Assembly: GCF_006345805.1 (NCBI RefSeq)
Contig: NC_042997.1
Span: 121,706,001-121,770,000 of the forward strand
DNA: 64,000 nt
Source of the DNA: Octopus sinensis
Lineage: Eukaryota
Reading direction: 5' to 3'
Part shown: piece after piece, positions 41,517 through 53,830 of the stretch
How positions within the stretch are numbered: position 1 is the first letter of the stretch
How the letters are laid out: each line of letters opens with the position of its first letter
Notes under the pieces: model-generated
What the model saw: the letters and a program-made list of their open reading frames with translations, nothing else
Databases searched by the model: none
Told to the model about the DNA's origin: nothing
Made by a program: the position numbers and the translations under genes

Positions 41517-43699
41517 TATATATATATAAAACACACACACACACATTTAATACCATAAAATACTGTTCAGAAAGCAGTTTCTGCCATAGTATTCGCGCAT
41601 GTTGTGTAATCCTTAATTTTAACTTAAAATTCAATTTCAAAAGCGTCTCAAATATTGTTAAATAATCACTTTAAGATTATTGAGACAGTGTTAATGTTAA
41701 TGAGAAAGTTCAAATTTCATTCAAGCTAATAATTATCTAAATTATTTTATTGCTGTTAAACTAATAACGAAACAAAATATTTTTCTTGATAAATTAAACT
41801 GGTTATCTAATGTGAAATAAAAAGTGCAAATACGCATAAATAATAAGATAAAAAGCAGAACCATACAGACGTTATAGATGCACTTGATCATAGTTAAATG
41901 CCTGATGATGCCACGAATTGCATGTTTTCAACACTTGAATTTAGGACCGTCAAAAACACGCGTTTTGAAACATCAACAACTTAAAACATAAATAGAAAGG
42001 AAGCGATTTTTACAAAACACTAAACCACATTGCACGTGTATGCTGAATTAAAACAGGCGTGTGACAATATTTCGTCTCTACACCGCGTAATTATTAACGT
42101 ATTTCACTGTACTAATCCGATTCACTTGAAAGATAGCATATTTGTACATTTGATTTAGTGTTGGTATATAAGCTGGATTCGAAATATGTAATCGTATCTT
42201 ATTTCCTTCCTTAAAAAAAAGTCATTGGATAGAAGAAATATATTACTGGCAAATGCTTGCCTTTGTCCATTTGAAGTTCTTCCTTCCGTTACAAAACCTA
42301 GCTGTAGACTATAAAGAGAGAACGCAACAGCAAATGAAGAAACAGTTTGTATACTCAACCGACCCCTAAGGAGATGATTACTTATTGTATAACATTTCGA
42401 TGGGTTTTATTTATAACTGTGATTTTATAAATGTATGCTTGTTATTCCAACGTAATAATTTACGATCAAATACTTTTCATAGCATATTAAAAACAACTGC
42501 TCACACTTTATTTTCGTAGAAATCAAAGACTAATGTAATGATTGTTTTAATGAATTTCTTTCGATAATGGTATTTTAAAACATAAGTACAAATACAGATA
42601 TAAAGGAAACTTCGAATACATTTTTTTGCTTTTTGGCAAATTCGCGGCAAACATATGACAGTTTGCGAATTATGGAATTATTTGAATACCGAACCATTGA
42701 ATACCGGTTTTAAGAATGATTCCAAAATTTATATATATATATATGTATATATACGTGCATACATACATATGCATACATTACTGTTATATATACATACGTA
42801 CATATACCATATGATATATATATATATACGTCAATTAATTAATAGTATTATTGATGATTTAGCTAAATAGGCGTTTGGTTGAATTCAATCGTTGAGAATT
42901 TTGCTTGTAGTTTATGATAAATATTTGAGAAAACTGCACCTGTAATTTGGGAATATTCTGATTTCCCTGAAAAGATTACCTTAAAATTTCCAATCAACGT
43001 GATGTAGTTTAAAAACTGCTTATGAAACAGTTAACATTAGTACATATTTCATAACGGTTGTCATAAAATTTATGATAATTAATGAAAATTTCTATGATTT
43101 ATATGTAGCATTTTTAAGTTTCATTAATTTCAGTATGTTACAATTTTGTAATTTGTGAGATGATTTTGCACTTATTAGCCTCTAGAATCTTGACGTAGAT
43201 TATCAATGTGGCCAACAATAATAGATGGAAAGACGAAATAATAAATAACAATTTGAGAATGAGACGTTGCAATGGCAAACGCTGAAAGAGCCATGAATTT
43301 CATGAGCAACAACACTGAAGACGTTGAGTGCAACGAAACTTTCTTGTTAATTGGATATATTTAATAAACCAAATGAAACTAATAATTCACAATGATTATC
43401 ACAAAGCCGCCCTGTTGTTGATAATGATTTAAGAGAAACTTAAACGATAAAAGTAAACCGAAGTTTATAAACAATATATTTATTCCTCTGAATAAGACAG
43501 CAGTATATAGTCAGAATTAATCAGAGTTGTACACCTTGTATATATGGTTAATTTAGCAGTAGTATATGCAGAGCATGAACACTGCTCATATATAATATAA
43601 CATTAATATATATATATATACATATACATGAATATTCACGCATATATGAATGTGTGTGTATATATAGTATACTTATTGATATATTTATGAATACGTAAT

Positions 43700-43968
43700 A
43701 ATATGTATAATGACAATACACATACACAATATATATATGGATATATCTATAAATGGATATATATACATATATATATATATATACACATATATATGGATAT
43801 ATATATATATACATATATATATACACATATATATGGATATATATATATATATATACATATATATGTATACATATATATGGATATATATGTATACATATAT
43901 ATGGATATATATACATATATATGGATATATATACATATATGTATATATATATGGACATATATATATAA
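43700..43968. repeat. TA-rich minisatellite (atatatggatatatatacat-like units)
   Basis: Direct reading. Confidence 0.9.
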
Positions 43969-45772
43969 TGTATGCGTGTGCGTATGTCTGTATGACTCTT
44001 TTCTTAATGTACATGGTAATAAATGAGTATGTTCCTGATCGTGGCAAGATCACAAGGCTCGAGGAATGATTAGTTAATTGAATAGAATCGCATGTCCTTT
44101 CCCACATCAAATGATGATTGAAATATAATTTCAGTATCTAAGGGAATTTTTTTGTATTTTATTTTATCATCGCCATTTGTATCTGATTACTTTTTGACAA
44201 AGATACATATTTATTATAAAGAAAGATCAAAGTTGGCTTTCGTCGACCAAAATGTTTCATCTTAGCATGGTTTAAAAATGTACAAAACATTAGACCAATG
44301 AGTTATTTTACTTAAGCAATTACACTGAATTACAATTTCACATGAAGATTTTTACGTTTACAAATATAAAGGCTTTAATTTGCCTGGTATATGGACAAAC
44401 ATGAATCTGATATTAAATGAACTATTCTCAAGAAACATTAAAGCAAGCATTCCATTAATGGAAACTATTTTCTTGATATCAACTGTAACGCTAATAATGG
44501 CTAGTCTTCTATCAACAAATATCCATAATATGATTCGCCTTGTACTAAATAGTTTTCAGCGCATTCAGTTCGATATATCTTTCACAGTTACGCACGTAAT
44601 TTTCGCTATTATATAATATTGTTTACTATCAAAGAAAGAATTTCGGTGTTATGATACAGAAAGAGTAACTTTAGTTTATTTATATGTAAACAACCAAGTT
44701 TTATCGACGAAGAACTTTTTAGATTTGTGAGGATTCAACATTCAGATTTAAATATTTGACAAATATTCGGTTCCTCATTCTAATATAGTTCGTTCATGAG
44801 CAAATGATTTCTAGTAAATTAAATATATTGTGTGTTTTTACACATTAGTTTCGCTTCTGTGTATATTTATATCCACCCATCTACCTATGTAGACGTTACA
44901 TTAGATACCTGTATCATGATACAACTGCAATTAGAAATGTGTGACTCACAAATTATGTATATGTGCGCGGTATATATATTTATATATATACACATACCAA
45001 CTGTGCGAGAAAAAGAGAGAGAGAGAGATCAAAGTACTACTATTATACAATTAGATTTGTCAAATGAAGTATATGCGTGCTCCATCAACCCAAACTTTCA
45101 CATCTCGTCTGCCATAACAATTACTCTTCATGAATGATGACGTTCGATTGTCTTTGATGAAGGTTAAGTGGTGCCAGTCGAGTGGCACGTATTGTGTCCT
45201 CTCATTCATTTTCCATAACGTAAACAGATAAATTTTGATATAAATTGTGACTGCAGAACAACCGAAACGTAATATGGAAAAAACAGAACGAAAAATCGAA
45301 ACGAAAATTATAGTGTAAATATAAACCGAGCATAAAAAGGGGTTTTCGTGCGTGAGAAAAAAAATACTCGTTCACTTTGATGCAATATATTAGTTGTAAC
45401 TATATTTTTGTTTCCTTTTCAACTGATGTTGTTCTTCTTTATCATATGTTTAAATAACTTTGTTCTGTTTTGAAGTAGGATTTTAACGAAAATAAAGAAG
45501 TCAAGAAACATAGAGAGAGGTAATTATACAGCCAATGTGCTTTGATGTTGTTCTGACTGTAGTTGAGGTCCTATATATATATATTTATATATATATAATA
45601 TGTATATATATATATGTATATATCCGAAACAATGGTTCAATTGGCAGTTTAGTTTTTGGTTTATATTTTTTGTCGGATTCACACATCAGAGGGGTGGACA
45701 GTGGCCTGTCTACTGTCGCGTTTATGTCTCATAGCCTTCGGTTGTGTCTCAGCACAACACTCCTAGCTGCTG

Positions 45773-45844
45773 TTATACTTGCGTATGGGAGTTGCCGTCA
45801 GCATAAGACTCAAACGCTATCAGTTGTGGAGCAGTGTACGTGAA
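45773..45844 (-). CDS. GRIA-like: iGluR last coding exon, ending in a class I PDZ-binding motif
   Basis: Acceptor ttttcttatatttgtag|, phase 0. Encodes FTYTAPQLIAFESYADGNSHTQV-TAA. The phase fits the preceding exons, and T-x-V* is a class I PDZ ligand. Confidence 0.8.
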   Translation of the reverse strand, partial: FTYTAPQLIAFESYADGNSHTQV

Positions 45845-46299
45845 CTACAAATATAAGAAAGAAAAGTAGATATATTAGTGAAAATTTAATTTGAAAATTA
45901 TATGGGAAACAAAGATTTTAAAAGTTTAATTATTTTAAAAACCAGAAATGTAATAAAATACACACACGTGTACATACATATATATATTTCATATGCGTGA
46001 GTAGGATTATATTTGACGTCTTGTGCAAGAAGGTTTCGATGACATTCGATTCCATTTAAATTTGATAGAGACAATTATTTCTCTATTTATTTACAAAAGG
46101 GTTCTATGGCAAAGATATACATAATAGATCATGTGCCAAATGAAGTATCGATTCTTGGTTAACACAATTGAGCTGAAGTATTGGATTATAATTCTAAGGG
46201 CCACAACGGTCAGTGAGATACGTGCAGAATATTTTACACAAATTCTCTCATACATATACATTAATAAAGAGTAATATATATATGAATATATATTTATAA

Positions 46300-46330
<31 letters not shown>

Positions 46331-46599
46331 ATATATTATAATATATATATATATATATGATGTACGCTTTGTAAGTGCTGTAAGGGATTACTAGGACTAC
46401 AAGTTAAACCCGAGACATTAGTTATGGACCCATTGCAGATCTCTGATATAGCAGATTTATAATTGTTAGAAAGGACAACAAACATCTCAAGTCACTTACA
46501 TTATTATTACTGGAAAAAAAATTCAAAGTCTTAAAGCTGTTTCTGGTATATGACATGAGATGTTTGCCTTACCTTGACGTTTGTTGTCCTCTTTAACAA

Positions 46600-47070
46600 T
46601 TAAAACACACACACACACCACACATATATATATATATATACACATACATATATATACATATACACATACATATATATATATACATATGCACATACATATA
46701 TATACATATATATATATATATACACATACATATATATACATATATATACATATATATACACATACATATATATACATATATATACATATATATACATATA
46801 TATACATATATATATATATACACATATATATATATATACAACATATATATATATACATACACATATATATATACATACACATATATATATATACATATAT
46901 ATACATATTATATATATATATATACATATATATATACACATACATATATATACACATACATATATATATATACATACACATATATATATATACATATATA
47001 TACATATATATATATATATATACATCTATATATATACACATACATATATATATACACATACATAATATAT

Positions 47071-47104
<34 letters not shown>

Positions 47105-47233
47105 TATATACATATATTCATATATATACATACATATATATATATATATATATAATACATATATATACATATTATATATATATATATATATATATACATA
47201 TATACATATATACATACAAATATACATACAAAT

Positions 47234-47277
<44 letters not shown>

Positions 47278-47280
47278 TAC
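46600..47280. repeat. Long degenerate (TA/CA)n array
   Basis: Direct reading. Confidence 0.95.
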
Positions 47281-47364
47281 AGATATAAATTTGATTTTAG
47301 GATTTTACACTCCAGCAAACACACACAGACACACACACACACATAATATATATAATATATATAT

Positions 47365-47397
<33 letters not shown>

Positions 47398-47452
47398 GCG
47401 TGTATGTGTATGCTGGAGTGTAAAATCCTAAAATCAAATTTATATCTGTATA
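47276..47452. repeat. Perfect 42-bp inverted repeat around a microsatellite spacer
   Basis: tatacagatataaatttgattttaggattttacactccagca (47276-47317) and its exact reverse complement (47411-47452). Confidence 0.92.
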
Positions 47453-47859
47453 AACTCCTCTCTTCAGAATTTACGCACATCACAGGCAATTAGGTTCTGT
47501 TTTCTGACGCAATTACGCATGGCTGGTATATCATGTTGATCTTATTCCTTGCCTAATACATATACAGCTGAGTTTAAGTCATTTCTTATTCAAGAATATG
47601 TCTGTTTGCATTAATTTTATTGTTTCCTTTTTTGTTCTTTATTTATTTCAGTTAGATAAATATTTTTGGTAAAATTATAATTGGAGTACTTTTATTCGAA
47701 TGAGTTAAATAGCATATAATATTCATCTACCGTGTTTCATTTTTGTGTATGTGCTGTAGATATTAAGGAATAAAATCAAATACCTATTTACAAATTATCT
47801 TCATTGAATGACAATTCTATAAGAACATATGATCTACTAGCAGATATTTTGCCAGCTGA

Positions 47860-47955
47860 GTGTCCTGCTCAAGAACAAAACGCGTCACCTGCTATCGAAC
47901 ATACGATCTTACAATCGTGAGTCAAATAATCGAGTCACCATGCCACGCGGCATCA
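47860..47955 (-). mobile_element. SINE family C 5' fragment
   Basis: Minus strand cgtggcatggtgactcgattatttgactcacgattgtaagatcgtatgttcgata...ttcttgagcaggacactc. Confidence 0.55.
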
Positions 47956-48154
47956 TTATTTAACTACATATCTACAATGTAAATATATATATAAAATCAC
48001 CCAATTACATCTGTAAGCCTTTCAGAATCACCATAAAACATAATACAAAAGTAGATTTTATCATCATGAACGCATCAACATAGATGTCCATACATTATTC
48101 ATCTAATCATGAAGTTATGAAGTTACACTCATCAATTAAAAAGTAAGCTCTGTA

Positions 48155-48385
48155 CTCTCTTTACTCTTTTACTTATTTCAGTTAATTGACTGCGGCCATG
48201 CTAGAGCACCGCATTTAGTCGGTAAATCGACAACTCCAGGACTATTCTTTGTTAAGCCTAGTAATAATTCTATCAGGGTATTTTGCCGAACCGCTAAGTT
48301 ACGGGGACGTAAACACGCCAGCATCGGTTGTCAAGCGATGTTGGGGGGACAAACACTGACACACAAACATATACATACATATATA

Positions 48386-48423
<38 letters not shown>

Positions 48424-48585
48424 GACGGGATTCTTTCAGTTTCCTTCCACCAAATCCACTCACAAGGCTTTGGTCAGCCCGAGGCTATAGTAGAAGACAC
48501 TTGCCCAAGGTGCCACTCAGTAGGACTGAACCCGCAACCGTGTGGTTGGTAAGCAACCTACCTACCACACAGCCACTCCCACGCA
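48155..48585 (-). mobile_element. SINE family B
   Basis: Colinear with 32395-32830. Confidence 0.85.
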
Positions 48586-48830
48586 AGTTTTAACGTGAAC
48601 TTCGTCAAGGATAAAACTTAAAGCAGTAAATACTAAGCTGTCAAAATTCAATTTTATTAACCAATACCTAAAAAGAACGAGATCGAATCCGGTGCCAACT
48701 GAAAACGCGTTTCATGTGCGAGATCTTATAAATCAGTTTGTTTTATCAAAGATACAGAGACGATTAAGTTTTGCTTTGAAATAGAGATGACTTCAACATA
48801 AGAACAACACACACACACACACTCACACAC

Positions 48831-48913
<83 letters not shown>

Positions 48914-49101
48914 GGGTTTAAATTAACTATAACTCCTGCTAAAAATCATAATTTTTCCTTTTCGAAAACATGTAGTACTTCCCACTTATCTATAATATGA
49001 ACAAAATAAAAGGGTATAAATGTATACAGTGAACAATGACAAAACGCACACGCACATACATATGTATATATATGCATATTATGTATATGTATATACTGTA
49101 C

Positions 49102-49206
49102 CGTAGAAACAGCTTTTTCAGGCATATAATCGGGGCATAGATGGCCAGGTCCATCTTTGTCACCAGAAATTCCATCGCCTGACTTTCGGCCAGGAATATA
49201 TTCACC
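49102..49206 (-). CDS. GRIA-like: iGluR cytoplasmic-tail exon
   Basis: Acceptor cgtttatctttcag| and donor |gtacag; 105 nt, phase 0/0, open. Encodes GEYIPGRKSGDGISGDKDGPGHLCPDYMPEKAVST. It is a GC-richer island between the M4 exon and the last exon. The donor is weaker than the others. Confidence 0.75.
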
Positions 49207-49322
49207 CTGAAAGATAAACGAAAGCTATTTAAAAATTGGTATGAAAAGTGCATAACGAAAGTATTAGATTCAGAATTCTATACTGATATTGATGGTCACA
49301 TGCACATTGTACCCGATATTAA

Positions 49323-49374
<52 letters not shown>

Positions 49375-49476
49375 TATACGGCATCCTATAATGAAATGTA
49401 TGAAATGACAAGGCTTATTCTCCGTGCACACGCATATATATAAAGTATTGGTATATTAAATTATAGATGCATATGG

Positions 49477-49535
<59 letters not shown>

Positions 49536-50507
49536 TTACGTAGATATTGCATAAATATAATGTATATGCTTAGGTATATATTGCATACTTTATATATATA
49601 CACATACAGTGTGTGTATGTATTGTATATAGCTCAATAGAACTAATATACATCCACTATTGACTCTTTCATCAACTTCAATATTGTCTTACATATTAATA
49701 CAACCTGACTCAGTAAAATCCTATCAGCTTATGAGATAACATGTAATATCAGCACAAGACCTAGCATAAAGGTTTATCAGCTTTTGTATCCATCTTGGAA
49801 ATTCCCTTTTATTTTAGGATTATTCAACCAGCGTCGAATTATACGTAATCATGAGATGCTATGACTATACATTTAGAGTTTCATGCAGAATATTATAAAT
49901 GTAAAACATAAACTGAACAATAACACATGGTTGTCTCTTACAGAAATCGTTTTAAGGTAAAAACCACACTTCCATATATGCTAAGGATAATTTTTCTTAA
50001 GTGTACTTTTTATATTTATTTTCACTTGAAATAACAACCGAGTTATAATAATTATTGGTCTCTTGCAGAATAAAATTTACTGGCTCATTATCGAAAAGTA
50101 CCATAAAAATTCACTTTCCTCTTATGATGCCTGTAACGATGTAAACTTTTTTTTAAATTATCAGTTGATTATGACCGTTGTTTTCTAATGAAACAATAGG
50201 GAATGATGTCTGATGTTTCAGGGTTAATAGAAATAAATGCTCTCATGTTGAGAAATTTATTTTAAAATTATCCGATCAGTTCTGCAAGTGCATTAAACAT
50301 TCGCTGACGAAAGCTTGTGGGAAATAGCAAAGTAGACCCAAAGTTAGAGGAAAGAAATGAAATCGTATCGTGAGAAAAAAACAATTTAGTGAAATTAAAT
50401 ACAACGTGTGTTGAGTAGTCTATTTATTTTTAGATTGAAATTGATATGTGTACTTATTCATAACCCACATACAAGCGTGTACACAACCTCACAGATGTAC
50501 TTATATA

Positions 50508-51053
50508 TTCGGTTGTCCGGAAAGTTCATACCGATTTATAGTAGCTTATCTTTCGACTTATTTAAGAACATGTTTGAGTCCATAAAATAGGATTTGACTA
50601 CATCTCCTTTTAGAGCACAGTTTAAGCTATCATTTCGTGGAAGAAGATTTATGTTCCTATAACCTGTGTTAATTCTGTAACCCTTTAAAATGGAAGATAA
50701 GAAAGTTCATTTTCGGCGCTTAATGCTTTGGGAACCAGACAAAAATTGCTGCAGCTTGGCTGGGATGTATTACTCACACTCCATATTCACCAGATATTGC
50801 TCCTTCGGATTTCCACTTATTCAGGTCTCTGCAAAATAGTCTTCCTTGGATGGCGTAAATACATACCTTGATGAAATGTTTGCTATGAAACCCCCTCAAT
50901 TCTGGGAACAGGGTATTTTTAAGTTAAAGGAAAGATGGAGACGCATTGTGCAACAAAATGGTTCATATTTGGTCGATTAAAAATGTAATAGCAAGTATTT
51001 ATTGACCTTTTTCTTTCCTTTAAAAATCGACACGAACTTTCCGGACAACCCAA
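50508..51053 (+). mobile_element. Internally deleted mariner (Tc1/mariner) element in an iGluR intron
   Basis: TIRs TTCGGTTGTCCGGAAAGTTC / TTGGGTTGTCCGGAAAGTTC with TA on both sides. Transposase remnants HTPYSPDIAPSDFHLFRSLQNS (YSPDLAP motif) and GIFKLKERWRRIVQQNGSYLVD*. Confidence 0.9.
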
Positions 51054-51570
51054 TACATGTGTAAGCAAAGTAGGTATACAGTGACTCAAGGATTTACTCA
51101 AAGTAGAGAGAAATATAAAAATGAGGGTTTCCAATGAACTATGCATCTCCTGCAAATTCCTTAGTAGGCCTATGAATCGTTTAAATTAAATAAAAAAGAA
51201 ATAGAGAAGTGTGTCAGTATCTGAGAGCATGTAATTACGTATGATTATCCGTATGTATATAACCATCCATCCATCCACCATTCCTAGAAAGTCGAAGGAG
51301 AATAGGGGTCTTGTCAGAATTAATCATCATCCTCAACATCACCATCATCATCATCCCATTCTTGGTTTACCTCTAAATCTCTTGCAGATTGGCTCGGCTT
51401 GAAGGGTGCGCTTTGGAATTTTTCTATCAACATATCTAATTCGATTTTGATAAACGTATACGTAAAATATTTATTCACACAAAATACAAAGCATATAAAT
51501 TATTTTCGTTTATAATGAATAAACCATTTGGTTATACATAGAATGAAAATTAAAAATAAACAAAACTTAC

Positions 51571-51702
51571 TTTATTTCCGTGGCATTTTAATTTACAGAC
51601 AAACTCCAGAATTCCAAGGGCTATAGCTAGTGCTAGTCCACATATCAAAATATAGAACACACCAGCTACGTTGCTTAGTGACAACTCGCGTTTCTTCGAG
51701 TC
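51571..51702 (-). CDS. GRIA-like: AMPA-type iGluR exon: pre-M4 linker, M4 helix and start of the cytoplasmic tail
   Basis: Acceptor tatctttcatacag| and donor |gtaagt; 132 nt, phase 0/0. Encodes [44 protein letters not shown], matching GluA [32 protein letters not shown]. Not in the ORF track; read by hand. Confidence 0.95.
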
Positions 51703-52189
51703 CTGTATGAAAGATAATTTATAAAGTATTCATCAGAATTGGAAAAAGAATTGAATTTAGATATACGAGATTTTAGATTAGTGTATTCAAATCTCAATGA
51801 ATTGAGTGAGCTGTTTTATCGCTTCAATTTAATGACTGATCTTATCTAATACAAAGTATATATCGCATACAATAATCTTGGTTCTCATATAAATGAAATA
51901 GTAAAAGTATATTTACATATACAGCCATAATAATGTTTTCATTTTATAATAACATAAACTGGTTTGTCTTTTTAGCGAATATTTTCATCTCCCAGCTCTC
52001 AGCTATACTAATCACATTGGGCTTTATTTAAGTATTATTTTGCATATGTAAACAATAAAACCCTTTATTGATCTTGTTTTTACTTATATCGAATAATATT
52101 AACAGTAACCCTTTTTCTTCCTTCAAACATTATCTGAAGTACAGAAGTTTAAAACTCAGAATTAGGAAAAGTTAAATTCCTATATTCTT

Positions 52190-52536
52190 GTACGTGTTTC
52201 AGCCATTAAACTGCAATCATGCTGGGGCATCGCCTTGATGAATTTTAACTGAACGGATCGATCCTAGCACCTATTATTGTTTAAGTCTGGTTCTTATTCT
52301 ATCGGGATCTTTGCCGAACCGCTAAGTTACGGGGATGTAAACACATCAACACCGGTTGTCGAGTGGTGGTAACACACACATACACACTCGATAGGTTACT
52401 TTCAGTTTCTGACAACCGAATCCATTCGCAAGGCTTTGGTCGTTCCGAGCTATAGAAGATGCCCAAAGTTCCCCGCAGTGAAACTGAACTCGGAGCCATG
52501 CGGTTGGAAAGTAAATTTCTTACCACACTGCCACGC

Positions 52537-52540
<4 letters not shown>
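52190..52540 (-). mobile_element. SINE family B, diverged
   Basis: gccgaaccgctaagttacgggga...gaaactgaactcggagccatgcggttgg...ttaccacac. Confidence 0.75.
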
Positions 52541-52578
<38 letters not shown>

Positions 52579-52915
52579 ATAGTGCAGTTTTTTTTTTGAA
52601 TTCGACCCTATTCTTGCTGCAGTGTTCGACAGTAGGATTTACCTTCTGATATAAAATTCATGTATTATAAATTTCTTTCCATCTACGATAAATTTCTGTT
52701 CGAACCAGACCATTGTTTTGAAGATTGACTGACATTGTTAACCTTATTGCGGCAGATATACGGTCTCATTGATCATTCCTCGCTATACAAATCTACGCAA
52801 GCGTGAAATAATCTTTTAACGGTCGCATGCCTTTGAACCTTACCAAGCATCAATACAAATACTAATATTTTATGCAAACAGTGGCATTATTAGTGCTATT
52901 AATAATGTTGAAGAA

Positions 52916-52963
<48 letters not shown>

Positions 52964-53499
52964 TTCATTGTAGGAGCAACAGAAATAATAACGATAATAT
53001 TAAAATGTTTCTTCTATATCAAACGCAGTTTGTGTTCTACTGTCAGTCTGTGTTCTCATTTGATTAATCTTCACACACATTTCTATATTTCAGTGATCAC
53101 AACTTTTATATTATTTTACGCTGCATATTGAGCCTATACAGTGAACTTTCCATAAAGAAGTATCGTATGTGAACTTTTCATGTGTTATGATACGAGAAAC
53201 AATAGTTACAAAGATTGGAGTAGCGATTCAGTTATTCATCCAGCCTCATTCATCATTCCGTCACAAATGCGTCCAACATACATATTTCATTTGTGTCATG
53301 TATTAGCAAATTTGTGTGTTTTTCCTCCTTTCTCCTCTGAATTTCCAGTGTGACTCTATCTATAATCTAATTTAACAAAATGTTATATATTTATTTCACT
53401 ATGTAGCCAGCAATATATCAATTAGACGATCCCCGAGTCTTTTGTCTATATTTTGACTAGATTACTCAGAACTAGATTTTGTGATGTTTGTATAATTTA

Positions 53500-53830
53500 T
53501 ACGATTATCGGTCTTTCGGTTAATCTGCTTGTTTCTATAATCCTAAAATCACCTCAGCCTTTTATACAAATCATTTTCTTAAACTTAGCTATTTTTCCTC
53601 TCTAATCCTTCACAGAACCTGAAAGTGAAGATCATTACACTTTACCTAGTTTTGGTTGGGACTGTTGAACCCAAAGTATGATATACAGTCTAGGTTTCAC
53701 ATTGGGATGTATAATTAGTTTACTGTAAGAACGAGTTTGTAGCCTTGTAAATATAACTGACCACCTACTTCTCTTGATAGCTCAATCGTAAACATTTTCT
53801 TCCAAGCTTTCACTCTCCCACTCTTAGTGA
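53500..53830 (-). mobile_element. Possible decayed RTE-type LINE endonuclease fragment
   Basis: Purine-rich, coding-like minus strand with weak resemblance to an APE N-terminus; many stops. Confidence 0.25.

Noticed and set aside
46523-47489. Long ORFs rich in I/Y/C/V/H/T (also at 3161-3560, 19227-20409, 37286-39136, 43548-44110, 57804-58967)
   Set aside because: They are translations of (TA)n/(CA)n/(TATG)n repeats, which lack stop codons in some frames.
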